A stretch of 63,836 nt of DNA, the filler included, from Reticulomyxa filosa (lineage: Eukaryota > Protista > Foraminifera): NCBI GenBank assembly GCA_000512085.1. It is 16 parts of 16 records of this genome, joined end to end, with 100 filler letters (N's around TTAATTAATTAA, not from the genome) between each part and the next. Parts side by side here need not be neighbours in the genome. Positions count along the whole stretch, not along the records: positions 17,936 to 26,118 come from ASPP01007406.1; positions 26,219 to 30,237 come from ASPP01026669.1; positions 30,338 to 31,424 come from ASPP01006405.1; positions 31,525 to 33,192 come from ASPP01021006.1; positions 33,293 to 34,469 come from ASPP01040258.1; positions 34,570 to 36,513 come from ASPP01028747.1; positions 36,614 to 37,999 come from ASPP01014130.1; 9 more parts are not named here. One strand, written 5' to 3'. The notes beneath the pieces were generated by a model. That model was given only the letters and a program-made list of their open reading frames with translations. It searched no databases and was not told where the DNA came from. How positions within the stretch are numbered: the stretch's first letter is position 1; each line of letters begins with the position of its first letter. Made by a program: the position numbers and the translations under genes. Positions 25,008 through 37,822 of this stretch are shown here, in pieces.

Positions 25008-26118
25008 TCAGTCAGTAGTATCAATCTCAATAGCAACTTGCGTCAAGTCTCCAGTAAGTAAGGTGGAGTTGTTGGTTTGGTCATGTTGTGTGGTTGCATC
25101 TTGAGCGGGCTCTTGTAGTGCTCGTCTCGCCTCACTTTCTTCTTGCGTGCCGTGAGTCAACGCCGCCGCCTCCTCTTCAGTGTGTGCGTGCGTTGGCTGC
25201 GGTGCGTCTCTTTGATAATGCTGATCGAGGCATGTGCAAACTTGAATCCCGCAAATCCCGAAAAAGTTCTTTATCACAGTAATGACAATTGCGGACGGAA
25301 TCAAAATCAAGATAAGAAAAAAGAACATTAACCAACCCATCCAACAACCACCTGTTTTGTGTGCACATATGTTGCACGTGCGTGCACATAAAAACCATCA
25401 AACATACAAAACACGTTGGAAACACAAGCTGCACGTTTCAAAACAAGGGAACAAAAAACACAAAGAATAAAAAGTAAAAAGAACCCAAAATGTTGGAAAA
25501 TGTGCACTGTCTTTGATCCTGAGATGTCATTGACAATGACTCACAGCACCACAAACACGGAAAGCAAATCAAGGCCATTGGCAAGGCAATACATAAAGCT
25601 GGTATTGCAAATATGCAACCAAATAATACAATAATAATAAGCAACCAGCGTGGAGGCATCACCATTTCCGATTCCATGCCTTCAAACTGTTTGCCTGCAC
25701 ACGCGCTGTTGCCCTCTTTGAAATGGCTTGGAATCGGTGTGTCTTCGATTTCTTGTAAACACAGCCAACAAAACGAACATCCGCATTTGATACACTTTTT
25801 TTATTTATTTGTTTATTTATTTATTTGTTTGTCTGTGTCATAGGACATGGTCCTATTAATCGAACAAAATTCAAAAAAAAAAAAAAAAAAAAGGGAACAG
25901 AACTTTCATGTGATTGCAACCACCGCTTTTCTCAATTAAGTATTTGCATCGAGGACAACTTTTGGCGTCTTTGGTGACCTCTTGGTTTAGCTTGTCCTCT
26001 TTGAGCGTGCGCGATTCATAGGCTTCGCAGCGCTCGTCGATAGGGTGTGCGACGCTATGATACAAACAATATTTGGTATCGCATTTTTGGCACGTCATGA
26101 TTGGATTGTGTGGATCGC
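25008..26118 (-). CDS. RBR (RING-IBR-RING) E3 ligase with C-terminal TM/Cys-rich segment, 5'-partial
   Basis: IBR end CQKCDTKYC..H..H, RING2 KSCPRCKYLIEKSGGCNHMK|CIKCGCSFCWLC, followed by hydrophobic segments (RNF19/RNF144-like layout). Confidence 0.85.
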
Positions 26119-26475
26119 NNNNNNNNNNNNNNNNNNNNNNNNNNNNNNNNNNNNNNNNNNNNTTAATTAATTAANNNNNNNNNNNNNNNNNNNNNNNNNN
26201 NNNNNNNNNNNNNNNNNNATGCCAATATGATATGTAATATGCACGTTGTTGGACACAAACATATGATGTAAAACAATTATATGTTATATTCAACATATAC
26301 ATATATATGTATATGTACATATATTGCACATAAACATAATGACAGTAATTGACAATGAATATATAAATAAATAATATTAATACTAAAAAAAAAAAAAAAA
26401 AGGTCCCCTTGTTTGTGCATATACATACAATATATGCAAAGAGTTTTTTTTTCAAAAAGAGAGTCTTTGGAAAAC

Positions 26476-27005
26476 CTGAGTGCTGTTTTTTGTAGTTGAT
26501 CGTACTGATTGATATCAGCTCCTTTTTGACACAATAGTTTGACCAAGTCTATATTACCTCCGGCAGAGGCTTCCATCAATGGTGTTCGATTCAATTTGTT
26601 GGGGCTGTTTATGTCGTAGCCTTGGTCTATCAAGAAGGTGACCATGCTCATTTGATTTGCACGGCATGCAACGTGCAATGGCGTGCTTCCATCAAAGCCT
26701 ACCGTATGCGTTGGCTTCACTCCTTTGGCTACTAATAGTGCGGCTATTTCTGTATATCCTTTATTTGCACATACTGCCATCGGAATTGTCTCGCCCAATG
26801 CATTGTTTATATGACAATTTGGATCTGCTCCTTTTTCTATTGCTTGCTGTACCCCTTTAATATCTCCTTGACGACAAGCATTGCACAGTTCTGTGTCCAA
26901 CGGGTTTGACACCCACCGTATTTGAGCTATATTTGACGTTGTCTTTTTTAATGATGTTAATTCTTTTGGAAGTGTATCTACAAGAGCAATAAAACTACCG
27001 GACAT
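26476..27005 (-). CDS. Ankyrin-repeat protein, 3'-partial
   Basis: ACRQGD..V...IEKGADPN, GSTPLHVAC, RTPLMEASAGGN...VKLLCQKGADIN. Confidence 0.85.
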
Positions 27006-28837
27006 GAATAATCAATTTATATATATTATAAATAAAACAATTTTCACTATCTTCTTTCAATCTAAAAAAAACTACCTTGCGCTCCAAAGTTAGACGTCCT
27101 ATCACCAAAAATAGTCTTTTTTCCCTTGTAAGTTAATAAAATTTGTAGTGCTTGGTAAATATTTAATCCTGTTCCAGAAATGAATTCATGTTGTAATATA
27201 TCTTTGTGCATTTTCAACATTTGAAGCTTGTTAAAAAAAATTAATATTTTTGATTTAAGAGATATGTAAAATGGCAGAGATAATTATAAATGTTTATAAA
27301 ATTAACACAATTTGGTCACTTTGTAGGGCAAGTTTACTATATATGACAAAACTCTAAAGGAGCTCCGAGTGGGCTAAACTCTCCCGAAAAACAATACTTC
27401 TTATTTTCTTGTTTATTGTTTCCTTTTTTTTTGTGAATTATCTCTATTTAACTCATTAATTTTACTAAAATTTTGTTGAATAAAATCCCTTTCGTATTAC
27501 ATTTAGCTGCACTCACTGTTCCTGCAGCTTCAAGAGACACAAAACCCATTGACCATATTGTGCACTAGTGTGCAACATAGTCTTCGACAAATACAGTAGA
27601 ATAAAAATGAAAGTTGAAGTATAAAAAATACTTATAAAGATGATTGAGTTTCTTCATGAAAAAACAACATTTAATTAAAAATAGATAGAATCGTGTAGTC
27701 TTAAATATGTTAGTTTTTATTTCATCGTTCGAAATTTTTTTCAAGGCGTCTTTAATTTAAGCGCATTATTTTGTAGTCTTTCTATTAATCTTTGATCTAT
27801 ATTGAGATTTAGTCTTTTTTTCAGTAAAAAAAGCATTAAAGTTGAAAGTTTAATTTAACAATGTATTTTATGAAAAAGCTAAAAAATATTGACAAATTTC
27901 ATGAATACGAGAAAAACACAATTGTCAACTTTTTTCAAAAAATTTTAAAAATCAAACGAAAGACCCAAAATTTTGAAAAATTTAGAAATAAAAATAAAAA
28001 TCCAAAGCATATTTTAAACTACACGATTACACATATTTTAAAAAATATTTTTGTCAAATGTTGTTTCATGGAAACAAGCTAAAGCGAAAAAAATGCGCGA
28101 GAAGAGAGTTTTAGGTGAAAGGCTTCAAGAATCACTTGGGACCTTGTAGGATTTTATCTTACAGCCATATTGTCAAATCTATTTTTTTAGAACACGTGCA
28201 CACGGCGAAAACTAACAGTAACGAGAAGTTTCCAAGAACTTAAGGAACGCTTTTTTCTTAAATTTACTGACTTACTTTGCTCAAATGTCCCTCTTTTATT
28301 TTACTTTCTTTGTTCATTTTTTCACTTATTTTTTTTCAGCTTAGGCACTAAAACAAACAAATTTTACATTGTTTGTATTTCATCGATCAAAGTACATCAA
28401 GTAAGAATCTAATTTTTAAATTTACAGTAAATAATTGCAGCAAAAAAAAGACAACTAAAACGAGCATATAAATATTTCCAAGTTTATTTATAAATAATGT
28501 TTTTAACTTTTATATCAGAACGAACCGTTAACTTTTTTCAAAATTTTCAAAAAATACATTATTTGATTTTTAATAAAAGTATAGAAATCATTAAAAAATC
28601 GTTACATTTTTAGATTCCAGGATGTGCAGATATCATTTACAAAAAAAATTTTGAAAAAGTATTGATTTTTCATGAATAAACTTGCAAATGTTGTAGGAGT
28701 TTGTTTTAGGTGGTTCTTTTTTTTGATTGATAGTTAATTGTATTTATATGCAGAAAACGCCAAGTTACCTTACTTATACTCCATCAATTATTTTAAAACT
28801 ATAGAGGCTGAATTGTATTAATTCAAGAAAATTAGTG

Positions 28838-30134
28838 ATGCAACCGCAATCTTATCGTCCAGATTCAGGAGGGAAGCAGTATAACGAGCTTACATCCGAA
28901 AGACCTGTCACAGTATGTTGCATGCCGACGTTTTTTCCTTCATGTTTTTGTTGAACAGTGTCTACTTTTTTTTTTTTTGCAATAATAAAATAGCAGTGGA
29001 ATCGTAACTCGCCGCAAATGTCTCGTGGTGCGTATACTTTAATTATTTTTTATAATGTTTTTCACTGCCCTTAGACTTAGATTGCTCTCATAAAACATTT
29101 TGCTGATATAGATTTGTCGTACCAATCGGATTCTTCGCTATGGAACTCGCCAAACGATAGTTACATTAAGAGCACATACACAAACCAAGACAAAGCAAAA
29201 AAATTGAATAATTTTCAGTCTTTTTAATAACTCTTCCCCCCCCCTCTTTTAAAAAAAAAATGGATACGTATAAACTGAACAGTGGTGCAACCATCAACGG
29301 CGAGTAACCGAGTGATGAATAATGGTAATGGGATGCCGAGCAACATGCAAAGCAAGCAGCAAAACAACGTACAAAGCAGTATGGTGAATGACGACAGTCG
29401 AAAACAGCTGAAGCAATGGGACATTGATTTAACCGAAGATGACGACTTCAATGTGAGCGGCAATTACAATGAAAAACGGAACTCGGGAGGGGACTACTTT
29501 GAAAAGCCGCCGATGAGAGAGTTGAACCCACCACAGTTGACTCTCCCGTCCCGAGTCAACAATATAGTACAATCATCGCAGAATCTTAGTAACAACAATC
29601 ATATCAGCATTAGCAATAATAATAATAATAGCAATAATTATAGCAACAACAATAATAACAATTATAGCAATAACAATTACAGCTACAAGAATAACAACAA
29701 CAATAATAATAACAATATTAACCTCAATTCAAACATGATGATGAACAACAACTCCTCAATGCTAATGAGCGAGAATGACGTAGAAGACAATGAAACAGTG
29801 CTTATCAACAGCCATCGCGATAGCGGGAGTTTCAATCTTGACAATAACAATAACATTAACAGTAACATTAACAATAACATTAACAGTAACATTAATAGTA
29901 ACATTAACAGTAACATTAATAGTAACATTAATAGTAACATTAATAGTAATAGCAATATTAACAATGGCATTAATAATAACATTAACAGTAATGTTAACAA
30001 CTACAACCACAATAACTACCCTGTTTATAATGATTACGGTGGAAACAATCGCGGGCAATACTATTCATACAACAATCCCAACACTTATGTCGATCGCGTG
30101 TATAATGATCAATCCAACGGTTACGAAAGACAAG
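28838..30134 (+). CDS. Asn-rich low-complexity hypothetical protein, multi-exon, 3'-partial
   Basis: ATG at 28838 with short exons, then the 285-aa ORF with poly-N and (NINS)n repeats. It runs into an intron and the contig end. Confidence 0.55.
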
Positions 30135-30197
30135 GTTAGCACATTAAAAATAAATTAAAAAAAAATGAAAAGAAATTTTGAAATTGTGAAGATCGAC

Positions 30198-30237
<40 letters not shown>

Positions 30238-30337
30238 NNNNNNNNNNNNNNNNNNNNNNNNNNNNNNNNNNNNNNNNNNNNTTAATTAATTAANNNNNNN
30301 NNNNNNNNNNNNNNNNNNNNNNNNNNNNNNNNNNNNN

Positions 30338-30372
<35 letters not shown>

Positions 30373-30385
30373 GAAATATCCTGGC

Positions 30386-31382
30386 TTAACTTTGGTACAG
30401 ATCTTTTGGTCGTAACATAATGCACGCATTGAGAAAAGTAAGAGCAATCACAAACGCCATCAAACATAGCTGTTGTGCAAACTCTTCTGTATAAAAATTC
30501 CTATTCCAATTCCCATTAATATTTCCCATATCAAGATGTTCACCACTATCATTATCAATTCTCCTTTATTTTTGTATTTTGTTATTTATAAAAACATTTA
30601 CGTATACGTTGGATAATGTACAGTTATAACACACACACACACACACTCTTTTTTTTTTTTAACAAAAAAAAAAAACTGTGAATTTCCAACAAATCGCGGC
30701 AACTTTTAATTTTGTAAGCACAAATGAAAAGCAAGAGATTAGTGACAACGATAAAAACAGCAAGATAAATAAACGAATCAAAAATGTCTTCCAAAAAATG
30801 CATAAATATGGAGCCAGTCGCGTACAGCGCAAAGTAAAAAACAACAAAGGCCAGCACGATGCGTGTGTCTCCAAGAAAGGAGCGATAACGCAACGTCCAA
30901 AACACTCGTTCGTGTTTGGAGAATGTAGTAGACACAATGGCGTTAATCTTTGCTGCTACTGTCGTTGTCTCTGGCACGGCTACGTCCTTATGTCTGTTGT
31001 CAGTCATCAATTGCATTTCAACTTTGTCACTGGGAAGAATAGTGGTCTTCTCTTCACTTTGTCGAAATGTTATTATTTCGCATGGGTCATCTTTACCTCG
31101 ATCTTCTTTTTTATCAGTTATGCTGCCATCCTTATCTTCATTGCAAGTCGTTGCAATTCCTGTCATTGCATTCAAATCCTTATTGACGACGACACTTTGC
31201 TCGCACAATTGCCATTTCCCCAGGAACAAATGCCTCTTCCATTCCATTTTGTTTAGATCCATTCCTAATCGCCAGTCAAAGTACAGAAACCAAAACCGAG
31301 GAATTAACAACATTTCGTGACTTAGCGTTAATAATCCCAGCCAATGGTATAAATTTTGGCTAAATTTGTTCTTGTCAAACAT
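30386..31382 (-). CDS. Multi-pass membrane protein fragment, possibly the TM portion of a 7TM(-RGS)-type protein
   Basis: Several hydrophobic helices, RFWFLYFDW, and KIKSCRDLLEIH|KEEL followed by further TM helices. The contig is truncated. Confidence 0.45.
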
Positions 31383-31525
31383 TGCCTTGTATACGCATGT
31401 TGGAATTATTTACTTTTTTTTTTTNNNNNNNNNNNNNNNNNNNNNNNNNNNNNNNNNNNNNNNNNNNNTTAATTAATTAANNNNNNNNNNNNNNNNNNNN
31501 NNNNNNNNNNNNNNNNNNNNNNNNT

Positions 31526-31561
<36 letters not shown>

Positions 31562-31568
<7 letters not shown>

Positions 31569-33192
31569 GTGACAAACAACGTGGATGGATGTTGTTGGAC
31601 ACATCGGGAGATGTGCCGAGTCCACGTAAATCGAGTACATTGGCGTATCATGATGGCAATTTGTATTTGTTTGGTGGGAACCACAAAGAGAAGTGTTTGA
31701 ATGACTTGTACAAGTACGAAATAAAAAGCCGGTCATGGTCACAAATTGTGGTGAAAGGCAAGAGTCCTTGTGCCCGTGATCGGCATTCGTTGACCGTTGT
31801 CAATGAAGACAGTCTCTTGCTTTTTGGTGGCTTCGGCAACGAGCAAGAGTTCCTCAGCGATCTGTGGTGTTTTGATATTAAAGCCAAAACGTGGACTTTA
31901 TTGCCAGAACAAGGAACCGTGCCCTCACCAAGGTTTTTGTTTTATTATATATGTATATATGTATATGTATATATATATACATATATACATGTTTATATGT
32001 TTTGTTTAAAGATATGAACATGCTGCAGTAGGAATTGGACCGTTTTTGGTTGTGGCTGGTGGCAAGTCATCCAAAGGAGGCATGTCTGATTTGTATGTGT
32101 TTGACTGGGCGAAGCAAATATGGAACGTGCCAAAGTTTGAAGAGGATGTTAAAATTGACCCTGCGTGGGGACAATCGGCTGTCGTTTTCCACAACAAGTC
32201 TGACTTTTCTTTTTCTTTAAAATTTGTTTTTTATTTGTTTGTTTGTTGTATGCTACTTGCAAAATATACGCTTGCGTTTCGCAGAATTATTTTGTTCGGC
32301 GGATGGAATGGAAAAGTGTGCTTTAATGATGTTACGGTTATCGATTGCAAGCAAAGTTTGGTTGTGGATGTCCATTTTAGATTTTTTTTTTTTTTAACAT
32401 TGGATTTTTTATTTTAAAAAATAAAAAATAAAAAATAAAAAATAAAAAGTGCCGTGGAAGTGGATGAAAGTGAACATCAATGGATCTCAACCATCTGCAC
32501 GCGTGTTTCATGGTGCGGGGTTGTTGAAGAACCACATGGTGGTAATCGCGGGTAGGAATAACAACAAGCGATTGAACGACACTTACTTCCTCGATTTGAC
32601 AGATATCACTCCTGGCGGCCTCAAACGAAGGATGTCCCTCAAAGCGACAGCAGACTTGCAAAATGAACTACCACCACTCAAAGAAGCATCTCAACTTCGT
32701 ATGTCGGCCATCTTTTTGAATGATGAATGAGAGGAGAAGAAAAAAAAAAAAAAAAAAAAGGGGTCATTTTTTTAAAAAATAAACGAAACAAATAAATAAA
32801 TATAAATAAATAAATGAATAAACGAAATATACATATATACATATATACATATATATATGTATATATACATTTTTTGCATGTAAGCGAGTGTATGTGTGTA
32901 TGCATGTGCGGAACAAAAATGATACAATTAGACCAAGATTTCAAGACGAAAAAGATATCGCTGACGCAATTTGAATTGAAAGCCACACTAGGGACGGGCT
33001 CGTTTGGGCGCGTGCGACTTGTGAAATACAAGCCTTCAAATGAGTTTTTCGCGATGAAAATGCTGAGGAAGTCCAAAGTGGTGGAAATGAAGCAGGTCAA
33101 CCACATCAAATGGGAAAAGAAAATCTTGTCGTCCATTCGTCATCCCTTCATTGTCAATTTGGAAGCTTCTTTTCAAGACAAACTGGTTCATT
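31562..33192 (+). CDS. Kelch-repeat beta-propeller fused to a PKA-C-like AGC kinase domain, partial at both ends
   Basis: Repeated P.PR..H......L.LFGG......ND Kelch motifs. Phase-1 intron 32699-32931 joins in frame to FELKATLGTGSFGRVRLVKY..FFAMKMLRK..EKKILSSIRHPFIVNL. Confidence 0.75.
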
Positions 33193-33565
33193 NNNNNNNN
33201 NNNNNNNNNNNNNNNNNNNNNNNNNNNNNNNNNNNNTTAATTAATTAANNNNNNNNNNNNNNNNNNNNNNNNNNNNNNNNNNNNNNNNNNNNATTTTTTT
33301 TAAATAAAAAAAAAATTAGGTCTGAATTTTTTCATATAGAAAATCCTCTATAAGGTGCCGTTTTAGATGTAAACTTTCTACTGCATTTTTTTAACTTTAT
33401 TGTGATCTAATGATAATAATCTTTAGTTATTATTTTAAATATATCTCCATCTTTAAAAGATATGTCAAATTTCAGGAAATAAAGCATATTAATGATTCAT
33501 TTGTTAATTTATCTCATGTTTACGTTATTTAATGAAAAAATCTAATTTTTTAATTTGTTCTTTGT

Positions 33566-34469
33566 TTATGGAAATTCAATATTATCAGATCTCAATTTAT
33601 CCAATATAATTTTTAATGCTTTTTCATAATATTCAATTGCCTTATCATATTCTCTTTTATTTTGATAAATCATTCCCAATTTATTGTATGAAATAGCAAT
33701 ATCAATATGATCATATCTGAATTTATTTAATTTAATTTTTAATGATTTTTCATAATATTCAATCGCTCTATCATATTCTCCTTTATTTTCATAAGCAATT
33801 CCCAAATTATTGTACGAAATAATAATATAAATGTGATCAGGTCCCAATTTATTTAATATAATATTTAATACTTTTCATAATATTCAATTGCCTTATAATA
33901 TTCTCCTTTTTTTTGATAAACATTTCCCAAACCGTTATATAAAGCAATGACATCAATTTGATTATATCCCAATTTATTCAATTTAATGTTTAATGATTTT
34001 TCATAATATTCAATTGCCACATTATATTCCTTTTTATATTCATAAACAATTCCCAAATTGTTACATAAAATAGCGACATCAATATGATCAGATCCCAGTT
34101 TACTTAATTTAATTTTTCATAATATTTAATTGCTTTGTCATATTCTCCTTTATTTTGATAAATAATTCCCAAATTATTATATGAATTAGCAAAGCTAATG
34201 TGATCATGTTCTAATTTATTTAATTTAATTCGTAATGATATTTAATTGCTTTATCATATTCTCCTTCATTTTGATGAGCAACTCCCAAACTATCACATAA
34301 ATTAGTATTATTAATATTACCATATTTCGATTATTCTTTATAATATTTAATTGCTATATTATATTCTCCTTTATTTTGAAAAACAACTCCCAAACTATGG
34401 TATAAGCATCAAAGTGATTAGATCGTTGTGTATTCAAACTAATTTTCAAATCTTTTTCATAATATTCAA
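33566..34469 (-). pseudogene. Degenerate TPR-repeat array (42-aa kinesin-light-chain-like TPR)
   Basis: Repeats of SYNNLG..Y..KGEYDKAIEYYEKSL.I.L.KLG.DH with several frameshifts. Confidence 0.8.
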
Positions 34470-36673
34470 NNNNNNNNNNNNNNNNNNNNNNNNNNNNNNN
34501 NNNNNNNNNNNNNTTAATTAATTAANNNNNNNNNNNNNNNNNNNNNNNNNNNNNNNNNNNNNNNNNNNNATTGTGCTCCAATGCTTGCATTCTAAACACA
34601 AATAATTTGAATTTGTTTACAAAAAAAAAAAGACAACAATACTTTGAGCAAGTTTTGCTATTAATCAATTTTGATAGAACAAATCTTTTTAAAAAAGTGT
34701 TCAGATAAATTAGAAATGAAAACAAAACAGTTGTTCAAAGACGCTTAATCAATAAAGCGAATAATAAACAATCCAACCATCTCCTTTCTAATATTGCTCA
34801 AAAAGGATAACCGGTTTATTGTATCCAAAAAACGACTTGACCATGATTTCAATATTTTCGTTACTCTTGGTGTGTGACATCGGAAGTGCATACTACATAA
34901 TTGTAGTACATGTGAAGGAATATCCAACTAACAGGACATTTTCACATAATTAATTTTGGGATTGAAAGTAGTGTTCATTGTCATTTGTGTTTGAGTTCCA
35001 TAACGCATATCGACACCTTCAAGATTTGTTGTGTTGATTCTCTCATCCAAATTGTTTCTGCGTGGACGTGGACACACGCCTTGCTTCTTCTTACGATAGA
35101 CCCACACTTCTTTGTACCGAGACTTTGCCATTTCTTTTCATTCGATCCGTTATCGCTTGCTATATTGTTTGTAATAGTCCATATGCTCTAAATAACCCTT
35201 TCATTCTTCTTTTATTTTCTTCTATCCTTCCCTTCTTAATCTCCAAACCTAATGTAAATCACTTCAAAATGAAAGGGCTTGTTTTTGATGGAGATATATT
35301 ACAATCACTACAAATATGATACAAACAACATACATCAACACCAAACTTCAAAAAGAGCTTATCTTCTTTACTTCTGATTGCCTTCTCTTATTTCTTTTTA
35401 TGTTCTATGCTATCCTCTTCCATTATTCTGAATAACGTATATCCATTCGTTTGAATTTGAATAATGTCAACCCATTGAATATTCATCCACTTGAATATCT
35501 CCATCGTTCTTTGCCATCATTGTCTGAAGGTGCATCCACTACGACAACTCTGGTACAACTGTTTTCTCTTTCATTTCTTTTGATTGTGTGTAATCTTATC
35601 ACAAAAATACACATTTGAAATGTAATTGTGATAAGCATCAAGGGAAGAACCGAGCTGGATAATGACACGTCTGTCGATAGATATGGATTCATGTTGTCTC
35701 CTTCATCACCGATGTGACGGCGATGCAATTTTTAATTGCTCACGAGATACCAATTTGCCAATTTGCTAATATGCTTCAGAAATTGCTGATCCTGATTCCA
35801 ATCCCTCTGTTCGCCGGACGTTGCTGCATGCAATTACATCCAAATAATTGTCCCAGCAGTGCCTTTACCCAATGATAAGCTTATTCGACGATGATGACGT
35901 TGATACATTGAAAAGCCTTATTATAAGAAGTTGGTTGGTCACGTTCGGTGTTTGATTGTTGGTAGCAACACGAATTTGGCGAGCAAGCAATTTGAGTAGC
36001 AATATTGTGGAATATACCCAAGTATCTGCGAACAGCACATATACTACTTGTTGCAGAAGACAAAACGCTCAATGCTTGGACAACAGCCAAGATACGGTCT
36101 GCAATGGAATGTGAAAAGTTGGCCATCAAAGATATTCCACTTGTGAATTCGATGATGATACTACAGTTATACGTGTCATATGCCGACAATGCTTCGGAAG
36201 AATTTTTTTTAAATATCTACATCCTTCACTTCAATCAACGTTTCCATTTGGAAAGGATCTTTTGGATTGCTGTCTTCTCATGTGGCAAGACAGAAAAGTC
36301 AAACAATGACACATCATTTGCTTTTCCGTACATGTCAATAATAACTACGACTGCCTCCATTGCGCCAATAGACAAACTGGTCGATATACGATTTATAAGT
36401 TGTATTATCATATCACATAGTATGTCATTGGCTCGAATGATTGATTGTGCGCGCTGTATGGTATTAAATAAAAAAAAAGTGGAGAATTGACTACAACTGC
36501 TGCTGTTCCGGACNNNNNNNNNNNNNNNNNNNNNNNNNNNNNNNNNNNNNNNNNNNNTTAATTAATTAANNNNNNNNNNNNNNNNNNNNNNNNNNNNNNN
36601 NNNNNNNNNNNNNGCGAGGCGCAAACGCCGTCGTCTCGACCGGAGCGAAGCGCAGTGGAGCAGCCGTGTTTGA

Positions 36674-36679
36674 GGTCAA
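36674..36679 (-). promoter_or_regulatory. -35 box (TTGACC) of the predicted IS110 circle-junction promoter; -10-like CATGTT at 37829-37834
   Basis: Joining the right end to the left end over the CT core gives TTGACC-N17-CATGTT, directed into the bridge RNA. Confidence 0.6.
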
Positions 36680-37623
36680 GCGATTTTTGGATTCCGCCAC
36701 TGGGTTTGATCTCGCAGCATTGCGTTGAGAATGACGACGATCTTGCGCGAGCAAGCGGCGATGATGAGACGCTTGGACTTGCCGTTGGCGGCCAGTCGGC
36801 TGGCGAAGGCGGCGATGGTGGGGTTTCTGCGGATCGCGGCCAAGGCCACCATGTGAAGGATGGGACGCAGGTCGTTGCGTCCTCCGGCAATGGTGGAGCG
36901 TCGTCGGCTTTTGCCGCTTTTCTTGTCTGCAGGCGCGACGCCGCAGAGCAGAGCTGCGGGACGGCGGCCGGTGTGGCCCAGCTCGGGCATGCGAGCCAGC
37001 AGGTTGCCGGTCAGCACCGGCCCAACACCGATCATCGACCGCAGGATCTCGGCCTTGCGCCGCATCTCCTCGTCTTCCTCGATGACCCGGGCGATATCGG
37101 CGTCGATGCTCTTGAGATCGGCCCTGGCACGCTCGAGGGTCTGCTCTACAAGGCAACGCAGAGCCGGTTCGCGCAGATGCTCGAGCCGGTTGCGGGCCTC
37201 GTCGATGGCCTTGCGCAGCATGCCGCGCACGATGAGGAATTCGCCCAGTCTGCTGGCTTTTCCGGAGCGTCGGGTCAGGCCCGCGCCGGGGAAGTGCTGG
37301 CAGTACAGAGCGATCAGTCGGGCGTCGATCGGGTCGGTCTTGGCCAGGATGCCGGCCGCTTCGGCGAAGCGACGCACACGGGCCGGATTGAGCAGGTGGA
37401 CGACCAGGCCGTCCGCCTCCAAGGCTTCGATGACCTCGCGCTCGTAGCCACCGCTGGCTTCGAGAGCGACCTCGCCGATGCCGGCCTGGCGCAGGTGACG
37501 GGCCAGATCGCCCATGCCGCGTTTGTCGCGGCTGACGACAAAGCCAAGCTTGCTCGCCAGGATATGAACGTCGAGCTTGTCCTTGCTGACGTCGATGCCG
37601 GCGACTTGTACACTCTTGTCCAT
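36676..37623 (-). CDS. IS110-family DEDD recombinase/transposase
   Basis: GIDVSKD, LEASGGYE, KTDPIDA (DEDD RuvC-like); IGVGP, GVAP...KSGK (catalytic Ser region), GGR..LR..L.M, A..RK. GGAAGG RBS upstream of ATG 37623. Confidence 0.95.
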   Translation of the reverse strand: MDKSVQVAGIDVSKDKLDVHILASKLGFVVSRDKRGMGDLARHLRQAGIGEVALEASGGYEREVIEALEADGLVVHLLNPARVRRFAEAAGILAKTDPIDARLIALYCQHFPGAGLTRRSGKASRLGEFLIVRGMLRKAIDEARNRLEHLREPALRCLVEQTLERARADLKSIDADIARVIEEDEEMRRKAEILRSMIGVGPVLTGNLLARMPELGHTGRRPAALLCGVAPADKKSGKSRRRSTIAGGRNDLRPILHMVALAAIRRNPTIAAFASRLAANGKSKRLIIAACSRKIVVILNAMLRDQTQWRNPKIA

Positions 37624-37629
37624 CTTTGT

Positions 37630-37822
37630 GATCCCTTCCTTGCATGCGGTTTTCTGGACCGTGCAGCCGTACGGGCTTTGCGAAGAGACGGCGCGGGCAC
37701 CTTGCTCCACTTCGGTGTCCAACGGGGCTTACCTTGAGACCTTACGGGCTCCGCGTCGCCAGCGTGGGAGGGGGTTGCCACCCCCTTCCACGTTCCGCCC
37801 AGTCAGGCGGTTTTCCTTCGGC
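37630..37822 (-). ncRNA. Predicted bridge RNA (5' hairpins, target-binding loop, donor-binding loop); ends approximate
   Basis: Contains in the expected order LTG AAGGTCTC (37736-37743), RTG AGTGGAG (37705-37711), LDG ACGGCTGC (37663-37670) and RDG CATGCAAG (37639-37646), each matching the reconstructed target or donor. Inner stems GGT/ACC and CGGT/ACCG. Confidence 0.85.

Noticed and set aside
29683-30158. Hydrophobic LLLM/VTIN repeat ORFs
   Set aside because: Alternate-frame and antisense readings of the 12-bp Asn-coding repeat.
34570-36513. 161-aa and other short ORFs
   Set aside because: No recognisable motifs and frequent stops on both strands; probably decayed sequence.
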